Origin: Coprobacillaceae bacterium
Lineage (GTDB): Bacteria; Bacillota_I; Bacilli_A; Erysipelotrichales; Coprobacillaceae
Assembly: GCA_963675515.1 (NCBI GenBank)
Contig: OY776328.1
Location: 1,410,001 to 1,442,000 of the forward strand
Length of the DNA: 32,000 nucleotides
Direction: 5' to 3'
Below the pieces are notes generated by a model, which searched no databases, was not told the origin of the DNA, and saw only the letters and a program-made list of their open reading frames with translations. Shown piece after piece: positions 25,540 through 32,000 of the stretch. The position numbers and the translations under genes are program-made. Numbering within the stretch: position 1 is the stretch's first letter; each line of letters begins with the position of its first letter.

Positions 25540-26616
25540 TTAAACTTCGTTGATCAATAATTCGCTTTCTTTTGTCGGATTCAAGGCAACAGCTTCAATC
25601 CAAGCCCAATCTCTGGTTGATCCACTCCATCTTTCCGGGCTCCTCATTTTCGCTTCCGCATACACTTCTTTCCTTTTTTGCAGTATCGCAGCATCTTCGC
25701 CTCGATGACGACTGGCTGGTGTCACATATTTGATTCCGCTGTGTAAGTGAATTTCGTTGTACCAATGGACAAATTCATTGACCCAGCTTCTCGCGTGTGT
25801 GATCGATTCAAAACCGCTTGTAGGATACTTTGGCATATATTTTAATGTCTTGAACAACGATTCAGAATAAGGATTATCGTTGCTTACCCTTGGCCTAGAA
25901 AATGAGCTTTGCACACCAAGATTCTCGAGCATCCCCAGAAATGTAGCTGCCTTCATCGGGCCACCGTTATCGGAATGCAAGACCAGCGGCTCGCCATTGA
26001 TTCGTTCGCTTAAAAGTGCGCGTTGCATCAGTGTCGCGGAATATTCAGCATTTTCCGTCTCCCATACTTCGTATCCGACAATTTTGCGGCTGAAGATGTC
26101 CATTATCATGTATAGCTTGTAATAGATTCCTCGGATATCCTTGCGGTGCAACCAAGTGATGTCCCAACTCCAAACTTGGTTCGGTTTGATTGCAACATGG
26201 GTGGTGGCTTGTCTGTGGTGCTTCGGAGCTGTACGGCCGCGATGTTTCAATTGTTTTAATTCTCTTAATAGACGGTAGATGGTTGATTCTGAAGCAATAT
26301 AGATACCTTTGTCAGCCAGTAAAGGAACAATCTCAGCTGGCGTCAATTGCCTATAATCAGGACTGTTAACTATTTTCATGATAGCCTCGCGTTCTTCATT
26401 GCTGAGCTTATTCTTTGGAGGATTTAGCCGTGGTTCTTTACGCCTATCAGTGGAAATATTGTCTTCTTGAGTCCATCTTTCATACGTCCGTTTCGAAATC
26501 CCTGCCACCTTGCATGCCGGGATCAGGCGGGCACCATTGGCGTTCGCTTCTTTGATTAACGTAACGATTTCTTTGCGCAATTTGAGAGTCGTTAATCTTC
26601 CTCGTTGTCGTCCCAA
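25540..26616 (-). CDS. IS3-family transposase OrfB (DDE integrase core), expressed as an OrfAB fusion by -1 frameshifting
   Basis: DDE/rve motifs (WSWDITW, LHSDNGGPMKA, YNEIHLHSGIKYVTP). The frame is -1 relative to orfA and stays open back to the slippery site. Confidence 0.9.
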   Translation of the reverse strand: MGRQRGRLTTLKLRKEIVTLIKEANANGARLIPACKVAGISKRTYERWTQEDNISTDRRKEPRLNPPKNKLSNEEREAIMKIVNSPDYRQLTPAEIVPLLADKGIYIASESTIYRLLRELKQLKHRGRTAPKHHRQATTHVAIKPNQVWSWDITWLHRKDIRGIYYKLYMIMDIFSRKIVGYEVWETENAEYSATLMQRALLSERINGEPLVLHSDNGGPMKAATFLGMLENLGVQSSFSRPRVSNDNPYSESLFKTLKYMPKYPTSGFESITHARSWVNEFVHWYNEIHLHSGIKYVTPASRHRGEDAAILQKRKEVYAEAKMRSPERWSGSTRDWAWIEAVALNPTKESELLINEV

Positions 26617-27068
26617 ATTGCCTGGAGCTTTTTTTCAAGCACCAGTAATGCAGCTGCCTCGGCTAATGCCTTTTCCTTGCGGCGCAGTTGTTTTTCCAGC
26701 TCCTTGCGTTTTTGCCGTTCAGCTTGCAAGTCATCTTTTAGAGAATCGGACTTGGTTTCAGGGCTTAGGAATTCCTTCTTCCACTTAACCAACTCATCAG
26801 GATGAATCCCTTTTTTGCGGCAATATTCACCGAGCTCATGTTCATTGAGGGGAGCGGATTCGACGATGAAATGGAAACGTTGTTCCTTGTTGTAGCGTTC
26901 TTTGATTTTAGAAACTGAATGATTTTTGAGGTATCTTCTTTTCCAAGAATATAGTGTAGTCGTCTTGATGCCGGTTTCTTCAGCAATCTGGACAACGGTC
27001 TTGTTAAGCGGTGGTTCAACCTCACTGATGATCTTGATTTTTTCTTCTGTCGTATATGTTTTGGTCAT
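26592..27068 (-). CDS. IS3-family transposase OrfA (HTH plus leucine zipper)
   Basis: 158 aa with an AAGGAG Shine-Dalgarno. HTH-like VVQIAEETGIKTTTLYSWKRRY, and a coiled-coil C-terminus. Confidence 0.9.
   Translation of the reverse strand: MTKTYTTEEKIKIISEVEPPLNKTVVQIAEETGIKTTTLYSWKRRYLKNHSVSKIKERYNKEQRFHFIVESAPLNEHELGEYCRKKGIHPDELVKWKKEFLSPETKSDSLKDDLQAERQKRKELEKQLRRKEKALAEAAALLVLEKKLQAIWDDNEED
26628..26635 (-). promoter_or_regulatory. Programmed -1 ribosomal frameshift site A AAA AAG of the IS3 element
   Basis: The minus strand reads GAA AAA AAG in the orfA frame (LEKKLQ). orfB lies in the -1 frame. Confidence 0.8.
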
Positions 27069-27145
27069 GGCTAGGTCTCCTTGGTATACTTTTTACTAAG
27101 TATAATCTAAAACGTTCTATACGACAACTATCCTAACACAGGGGG

Positions 27146-27718
27146 CTCGCGCATCATATCTGTTACATCAACGGCCATTGGAATTAAACGTTCCTTATGA
27201 TTTTTGTTTTTTCTAATAAGTATAGTTCCATTATCCAAGTCCAAATCTTTTTTCATTATTTCACGACCTTCGTTTGGCCGAAGACCACAAAAGTATATCA
27301 ATCGATAGATTACAGATATGATTCTATTTTTAGCCGTCATAGGTTTGATATATTTTTTACTATCAGCCATTTCAAAAATGGTTTTAAGCTCCATGTTTGT
27401 GAATATATAAGGTACATATCTTGTGATTTTAGGTAAGAAATTCAAATCAAGTACAAAGTTGGAAGCTCCGTTCGCAAAAAGGTAAAGTGTAAATTGTCTT
27501 ATTGATGACATTCTAGATCGAAAACTGCACGCCTGCTCAGTTTTCCTTTGCACACACCAAGGCATGATCATTTCTTGAGTAAGCATTGTTTCACTGGGAA
27601 AATTATTCGTCAAGTATTTGGAAAAATCGTTAAGATACCAAGAAGTTGGTTGCAACGAATACCCTAAATCAATTCGATATTTAATCATGTCTGCGATATA
27701 ATCATATATGAATTTCAT
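27146..27718 (-). pseudogene. ritB: Tyrosine recombinase, middle gene of the trio, N-terminal fragment
   Basis: Starts with an ATGA overlap on the ritA stop (27715-27718). It contains the SAM-like N-domain and the first catalytic Arg (GLRPNEGRE). The native sequence ends at ...DMMRE, and the track ORF then reads a few IS-derived codons. Confidence 0.85.
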
Positions 27719-28944
27719 ATTCTACCACCAAGTGTTTCCATAGATAACGCACACTTTCTCAAACCCTCAACATCAAGTGAAATATATTGCTTAGTAGGTA
27801 TGACCGAATGGTGACCCAAGAGCTGTGCAATCATTGTAACCGGAACGCCGTTGATAATAAGTTGAGTCCCTAACATCCGCCTAATAGAGTGGAAAGTGTT
27901 CCCGGTTTTAAGGGAGGGTTCAATTCCAGCCTTCAGTAGATACCTTCTAAAAAAAGAAGCGATAGAACAGCCGTCTTTAAGCCCCGTAAAAGGAGCTAAT
28001 GATCTTATGAAAACACTATTATCATCAGTTTTGGGTCTTCCATTTAGAATGTAGTCCGCAATTGCATTACAGACACTCTCAGTTAATGGCACTGTTAGGG
28101 GACTATTTGTTTTCCCTTGAACTATATTTAATTTGCGTTTTTTCCAATCAATATCTTCAAGCTGAATCCGTACTATATCTCCAGCTCTTAGCCCTGTCAT
28201 TGCTCCCAATATTATAATCGCATAATTTCTTTTTCCGGTAGGTGTCTCCCTATCAATTGAATTTAAAATTCCTACAAGATCAATAATATCTATTGGCGGA
28301 TATAATGCCCTGTCTCGTATTTTACCGAAGGAAACGATGGAGCTTATATCAAAATCAATCTTATTATTTCTATACAAATTAACTAAATATTTTTTCAGAC
28401 AAGTGAGTATCTTCTCCATGGATTTTGGGTTATCCTTAGAGATGATCTTAATAAATTCCACTATATCGCTAGTACTTATTAATTTCGGTTGCAAAATATC
28501 ATGATTGTTTAGAAAATTTGAAAATAAATATAGGATTCGCTCTTCAAATTGAAGGGTCCTAATAGATACTTCTCTATTTTTCAAATATTCTTTTATTGTG
28601 ATTTGGAACTCTGATGATATGGGGATTTCATTCTTAAATGTGAAAACTTTCCACTTGAAGGAACCGAAATCATTAAGTTCGGTAATCATTAAGACGCCAC
28701 GCACTCTTTTATTATAGGTGGTCCTACTAATAATTTTGTTTTGAAGTTGCGAAAGATAGAACTTTAGCAGTGAATCCATAATTTCCCGACTATAGTTTAT
28801 TTGATTTAAGTCAGAATATCTTTTCAAAATGGGGTTAAAGTAGCTGGATTCGTAGGCCTGAATGGTAAGTTCATTATAGCCTTGAGACTTCAGGTTATTT
28901 AAAGCAAGCTGAACTAATTCGTCGATACTATTCAAATTTTTCAT
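27715..28944 (-). CDS. ritA: Tyrosine recombinase, first gene of the trio
   Basis: 409 aa with an AGGAGG Shine-Dalgarno. Catalytic residues are R (GLRAGD), K (GKTN), HxxR (HSIRRM), H (LGHHS) and Y (KQYISLD). Confidence 0.9.
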   Translation of the reverse strand: MKNLNSIDELVQLALNNLKSQGYNELTIQAYESSYFNPILKRYSDLNQINYSREIMDSLLKFYLSQLQNKIISRTTYNKRVRGVLMITELNDFGSFKWKVFTFKNEIPISSEFQITIKEYLKNREVSIRTLQFEERILYLFSNFLNNHDILQPKLISTSDIVEFIKIISKDNPKSMEKILTCLKKYLVNLYRNNKIDFDISSIVSFGKIRDRALYPPIDIIDLVGILNSIDRETPTGKRNYAIIILGAMTGLRAGDIVRIQLEDIDWKKRKLNIVQGKTNSPLTVPLTESVCNAIADYILNGRPKTDDNSVFIRSLAPFTGLKDGCSIASFFRRYLLKAGIEPSLKTGNTFHSIRRMLGTQLIINGVPVTMIAQLLGHHSVIPTKQYISLDVEGLRKCALSMETLGGRI

Positions 28945-28985
28945 TTCAAACTACCTCCTAGCTACATTATAGACTGAAAATAAAA

Positions 28986-29068
28986 TTATCCCGACTTTTA
29001 ATAATACAAAAAAGGACTATCCCTCAAAAATACATATTTGTCGGGATAATCCAAAAGTCGGTATAAGT
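28986..29068. repeat. RIT terminal inverted repeat (right)
   Basis: Perfect reverse complement of 23965-24047. Confidence 0.9.
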
Positions 29069-29104
29069 TTGATAAGGGGCTAGCTTGGAAACAAGTTAGC
29101 CTAC
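29069..29104 (+). other. Possible displaced 3' end of the group II intron (last 2 nt of domain V, linker, domain VI-like hairpin ending CUAC)
   Basis: UU at 29069-29070 would complete the basal pairs of domain V. The hairpin ggctagctt-ggaaac-aagttagcc (29078-29101) is followed by UAC. The downstream TTTCTTGTTT would complete the T-tract of the hairpin at 21777-21798. Confidence 0.35.
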
Positions 29105-29253
29105 TTTCTTGTTTACCTGATCAATATATCTGGCCGGGATGATATTATCGCAATGATTTCACCGAATTATTTAACGGATGGAACACAAAATCCAATCAAG
29201 AACACATATGGGGATTAATAAACCTTTAAAATTGTAAGCGTTTACCGATTTTG

Positions 29254-29282
29254 TTGACACATAGCCGTTTCTCTAGTATGAT
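29254..29282 (+). promoter_or_regulatory. Near-consensus sigma-A promoter
   Basis: TTGACA (29254-29259), exactly 17 bp of spacer, TATGAT (29277-29282). Confidence 0.55.
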
Positions 29283-29475
29283 TAAGTTAGTTAGAACATC
29301 AATGACGACTCCGAATCAGCTACTTCCTTTTCTATCATAGCTTCGATGTCCTCTTCAAACTGGCATTCAGACGCCGCTATAATTCTTATTTGCGGAATCG
29401 CCGGCTGGCTGCCCTACATACATCATTCATTCGATTCGCAACCGAAATATGGGGTGTCACATGTTCATAACCTAA

Positions 29476-29524
29476 AATCAAGCAGGGGTAATTCGGTTCA
29501 TAATTACTTGGGCTTGATTTTTTT
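29476..29524 (+). terminator. Strong rho-independent terminator about 200 nt downstream of the 29254 promoter
   Basis: Outer 8-bp stem aatcaagc/gcttgatt and inner 6-bp stem gtaatt/aattac, followed by a T-run continuing to 29524. Confidence 0.6.
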
Positions 29525-29774
29525 GGAAATTCCTGATGTTTTTGCCCTAGCAAGCTATGGGATTTGTCATTGGTGGAAAAGCGCAGTTATTAAGGCGTGG
29601 CAAGTAACGACTTGAATCCATGGCCATGGATTTAGTCCATCGGGATATGAAATATCGGTTTCACCGATTCGAACTGGCTGCAATATCTTTGTCTTGCAGT
29701 CTTGCCAGTTGTGACATCTATATGCGACAACTGTTTAAAAGTTGATAATATCATATAAAACGAGGTGAATCTAA

Positions 29775-30308
29775 ATGAAAAACAACACAAAGGCATACGA
29801 GATGTTTAATGAATGTACCCCGGTGTTGCAGGAGAAACTGACCTTGGCCAAGTCGCGACTCGAGCAGGCCAATAAAGATATGACTGCAGCACTTTCAAAC
29901 CAACGGCTGGAACAGCTAAGCGACACCCAGCTGCGTTATGCACTTTCAAACCAACGGCTGGAACAGCTAAGCGACACCCAGCTGCGTTATTTCATTTCGC
30001 TGCTCGAATACCTGGCCGCTATCCAGACCGGTTTGCATGAGGCTTTTTTGAAGCCTTACGGGGATCCGGCCCATCATATGGCCGAGGTGCTAAGAAACCA
30101 GGATACCGAAATCATCTATGTCAATGAAGTGGAGAACATGACCGCGGCCCTTCTGGAATTGGCCAAGCGGATACCCCCAAGCCTGGTAAAAGGGACCAAA
30201 GCCCTCAAACATATGGAGGTTGCCCTGTACAATCTGGACGAAGCATTGGAGTGTCTTATCGACAAGACCGAAGAAGAACAGGAAGAAGTGGCGCACCAGG
30301 TAGCATAG
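29775..30308 (+). CDS. Hypothetical helical protein carrying an in-frame 17-aa tandem duplication
   Basis: 177 aa with a GAGGTG Shine-Dalgarno. I recognised no family. Confidence 0.6.
   Translation: MKNNTKAYEMFNECTPVLQEKLTLAKSRLEQANKDMTAALSNQRLEQLSDTQLRYALSNQRLEQLSDTQLRYFISLLEYLAAIQTGLHEAFLKPYGDPAHHMAEVLRNQDTEIIYVNEVENMTAALLELAKRIPPSLVKGTKALKHMEVALYNLDEALECLIDKTEEEQEEVAHQVA
29889..29990 (+). repeat. Perfect 51-bp tandem duplication (2 copies) inside the CDS
   Basis: GCACTTTCAAACCAACGGCTGGAACAGCTAAGCGACACCCAGCTGCGTTAT occurs at 29889-29939 and again at 29940-29990. It encodes ALSNQRLEQLSDTQLRY twice. Confidence 0.95.
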
Positions 30309-30454
30309 AGCATCATTGGCTTGATGTTCGACTTTTAAAATGGTACTGGAAAATGGATGATAAAACCTTGCCTCAGTGATTCGGGAAGTCAAGAGTGGTA
30401 ACGACTAATAATTCATGATACGGCAAAAACGACAGGCCGTATCATCATTCCATG

Positions 30455-30480
30455 AAAGCTGTCTGACCGGCAGCTTTTTT
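30455..30480 (+). terminator. Rho-independent terminator of the 29775 gene
   Basis: Stem aaagctgtc/ggcagcttt with loop tgacc and a T6 run. It is preceded by a separate perfect 10-bp hairpin, atgatacggc/gccgtatcat (30415-30445). Confidence 0.6.
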
Positions 30481-30683
30481 CACCGCTATGGAGTGAGACA
30501 TGACAGGTTATCACTAAGTCGTATTGAGCTCTTTCAATGATTTTGATCCGCTGAGGGTGGACAATAATCCATATCGGATTTTTCAAGGACGGATTGCGCA
30601 ATTTTGATGTCTTAATCGATTCACGGGACGTTTGGAGGGATTTGGAATGTTCATCCGGAGCTGAATCAAAAATTTTAAAATAA

Positions 30684-30698
30684 TGAAATAATATTTCA
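30684..30698. promoter_or_regulatory. Candidate operator palindrome TGAAATA-A-TATTTCA upstream of the RpiR-family gene
   Basis: Perfect 7-bp arms. The same palindrome recurs upstream of murQ, and both copies are preceded by AAATTTTAAAATA. Confidence 0.45.
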
Positions 30699-30704
30699 GT
30701 GATG

Positions 30705-30733
30705 TTGCTATTATCTGGCGGGTGGGGTAGAAT
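30705..30733 (+). promoter_or_regulatory. Candidate sigma-A promoter of the RpiR-family gene
   Basis: TTGCTA (30705-30710), 17-bp spacer, TAGAAT (30728-30733). Confidence 0.45.
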
Positions 30734-30818
30734 GAAAGTAAGAATATTACGAAGGAGCAGGGGCTTGAATTTTTTGTTTCATAGTTTTGATGAAATATCG
30801 CCAAGCCTGGATGGGTAG

Positions 30819-31658
30819 ATGAGCTGCATACTAAGGATAAATGAAAATCGCAATGCCTTGACCAATACGGAAGTGCTGTTGGCCGACTATATAATTGCCA
30901 ATAAGGACAAGATAGTGGAGTATTCCTCGCAAAAACTGGCCAGCCTGACAAAGACGTCGCCGGCGTCGGTGGTCCGTTTCGCCAAGAAAATCGGTTATGA
31001 GGGCTTTACGGAACTGAAGCTGGATCTTGTCCTGGACATTAAAAGTGATGTCCGGCAGTACAACAATATCCTCGATGTCAACGATGATATCAAGACCCTG
31101 ATTTCAAAAACCAAACAAAGCGACATGAGGACAATTGATGCGACCTACGACCTGTTAGATGACCACTTGATAGCGGCAGTAATAGATGAAATCGTCAAAG
31201 CGCGCAAGGTCTATCTCTTTGGAATCGGCGGTTCCGGGCTGGTATGTCAGGATTTCCAATACAAGCTGCTGCGCATCGGCAAGGATGTTTATTATTATCT
31301 CGACACCCACTTGCAACTGACGGCAGTGCCAAATATCCAGAGTGACGACTTGGCTTTTTTTGTCAGCTACAGCGGGAGCACCAAGGAACTTTTGATTGGC
31401 GCGAAATGGCTCAATGAACAAGGCGTCAAGGTGGTCTCGATCACCAACTCTAAATACAACGAACTGGCCAAGCTCAGCGATTATGTCATCACAATCCCTT
31501 CAGAGGAGCAGGCGCTGCGGATCGGAGCGATGTCTTCAAGGCTGTCATCCCTGATAGTCATCGATATCCTCTACTACGGGTTGGCCAAGAACGACATCGA
31601 AAATACGAACAACAAAATCATCGCAACCAGAAAGATTATTGACGAAATAGAAAAGTAG
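30819..31658 (+). CDS. MurR/RpiR-family transcriptional regulator (HTH_6 plus SIS domain)
   Basis: 279 aa. N-terminal LTNTEVLLADYIIANKDKIVEYSSQKLASLTKTSPASVVRFAKKIGYEGFTELK, followed by a SIS-like VYLFGIGGSGLV...FFVSYSGSTKE. Confidence 0.9.
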   Translation: MSCILRINENRNALTNTEVLLADYIIANKDKIVEYSSQKLASLTKTSPASVVRFAKKIGYEGFTELKLDLVLDIKSDVRQYNNILDVNDDIKTLISKTKQSDMRTIDATYDLLDDHLIAAVIDEIVKARKVYLFGIGGSGLVCQDFQYKLLRIGKDVYYYLDTHLQLTAVPNIQSDDLAFFVSYSGSTKELLIGAKWLNEQGVKVVSITNSKYNELAKLSDYVITIPSEEQALRIGAMSSRLSSLIVIDILYYGLAKNDIENTNNKIIATRKIIDEIEK

Positions 31659-31713
31659 TCAATAATTTTTTTATGTTCTATGAAACAAAATTTTAAAATA
31701 TTTATTTTTATAT

Positions 31714-31728
31714 TGAAATATTATTTCA
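31714..31728. promoter_or_regulatory. Candidate operator palindrome TGAAATA-T-TATTTCA upstream of murQ
   Basis: Same 7-bp arms as 30684-30698. It lies 36 nt upstream of the murQ start. Confidence 0.45.
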
Positions 31729-31763
31729 AATAGTTTATTATAATATCGAAGGGAGGGAACTAA

Positions 31764-32000
31764 ATGCCAAGTGAATTAAATTCGTTGCTGACCGAACAAA
31801 AGAATCCTGACACGACTCATATCGATGAGATGGATACTGGGGCGATTTTGAAGGCAATCAACAATGAAGACAAGAAAGTGGCTCTGGCAGTGGAAAAAGC
31901 ATTGCCATGGATTGAAAAGGCGGTGGAAGCCGTCTATCAGGCCCTAAAAAGCGGAGGGCGACTTATCTACCTGGGGGCTGGCACTTCGGGTCGGCTCGGG
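31764..32000 (+). CDS. murQ: N-acetylmuramic acid 6-phosphate etherase, 5' partial (runs off the window)
   Basis: Not in the ORF track because it has no stop in the window. GGGAGGGA Shine-Dalgarno, then ATG 31764. The translation [79 protein letters not shown] matches the conserved MurQ N-terminus. Confidence 0.85.
   Translation, partial: MPSELNSLLTEQKNPDTTHIDEMDTGAILKAINNEDKKVALAVEKALPWIEKAVEAVYQALKSGGRLIYLGAGTSGRLG

Larger units (their letters stand above)
25475..27145 (-). mobile_element. IS3-family insertion sequence inside ritB
   Basis: orfA and orfB with an A AAA AAG slippery site. The element is flanked by the direct repeat CTCGCG (25469-25474 and 27146-27151); the true duplication may be 3-6 bp. 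Removing the element and one repeat copy restores ...DVTDMMRE-YIDEMK... The terminal repeats are only loosely matched, sharing an ATAGTTGNCG core, so the ends are good to a few bp. Confidence 0.8.
23937..29068 (-). mobile_element. Recombinase-in-trio (RIT)-type element: three tandem tyrosine recombinase genes between long inverted repeats, carrying an IS3 insertion
   Basis: Perfect 83-bp inverted repeats at 23965-24047 and 28986-29068. Three overlapping tyrosine-recombinase ORFs lie on the minus strand, of 409 aa, about 316 aa (split) and 349 aa. The left boundary is ambiguous between 23937 and 23965. Confidence 0.8.

Noticed and set aside
29346-29615. 89-aa plus-strand ORF
   Set aside because: It has no Shine-Dalgarno and reads through a strong intrinsic terminator hairpin (29476-29524). 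The sequence is low in complexity and rich in W/H/C.
30583-30951. 122-aa minus-strand ORF
   Set aside because: It overlaps the start and promoter/operator region of the clearly recognisable RpiR-family gene, and I recognised no motif in it.
1-32000. CRISPR array, tRNA or rRNA genes
   Set aside because: I saw no regularly spaced short direct repeats. The only tandem repeat is the 2 x 51 bp duplication inside a CDS. I saw no cloverleaf-like or rRNA-like segments by eye, though a tRNAscan/Infernal run would be needed for certainty.

Overview
This is a mosaic 32-kb segment of a low-GC Gram-positive (Bacillota-like) genome. All family calls come from motif recognition by eye; I ran no searches or folding.

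Backbone (looks like ordinary chromosome):
- A PRD-domain regulator, divergent from a fructose-family PTS EIIA/EIIB/EIIC plus GH38 alpha-mannosidase operon (12.4-19.3 kb).
- A small glutaredoxin-like gene (21.4 kb).
- An RpiR/MurR-type regulator and the 5' part of murQ (30.8-32 kb).

Mobile DNA:
- An IS256-family element (552-1918) with an 8-bp target duplication.
- An IS66-family element (9594-12366) with an 8-bp target duplication.
- A group II intron (from 21799) sitting directly after a terminator-like hairpin.
- A three-tyrosine-recombinase RIT-type element (about 23937-29068) with perfect 83-bp inverted repeats. It appears to lie inside the 3' end of the intron.
- An IS3-family element (about 25475-27145) that splits the middle recombinase gene of the RIT element.

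Visibly AT-richer cargo modules:
1. A tightly coupled four-gene operon (2413-6345). It encodes a C2H2 zinc-finger protein, a coiled-coil protein, an Hsp70-like ATPase broken by a one-base deletion in an A-tract, and a 73-aa protein. This is my best candidate for an undescribed conflict or defence system.
2. An AAA-ATPase plus RloB/Toprim-like pair (7818-9465) with AbiL/PARIS-like architecture.
3. A solitary 538-aa gene (19550-21166) that resembles the DUF6119/TIGR04141 family.

A roughly 240-bp degenerate copy of the 3' end and terminator of the PRD regulator (7481-7717 versus 12391-12627) brackets module 2. This marks the locus as a cargo-swapping hotspot.
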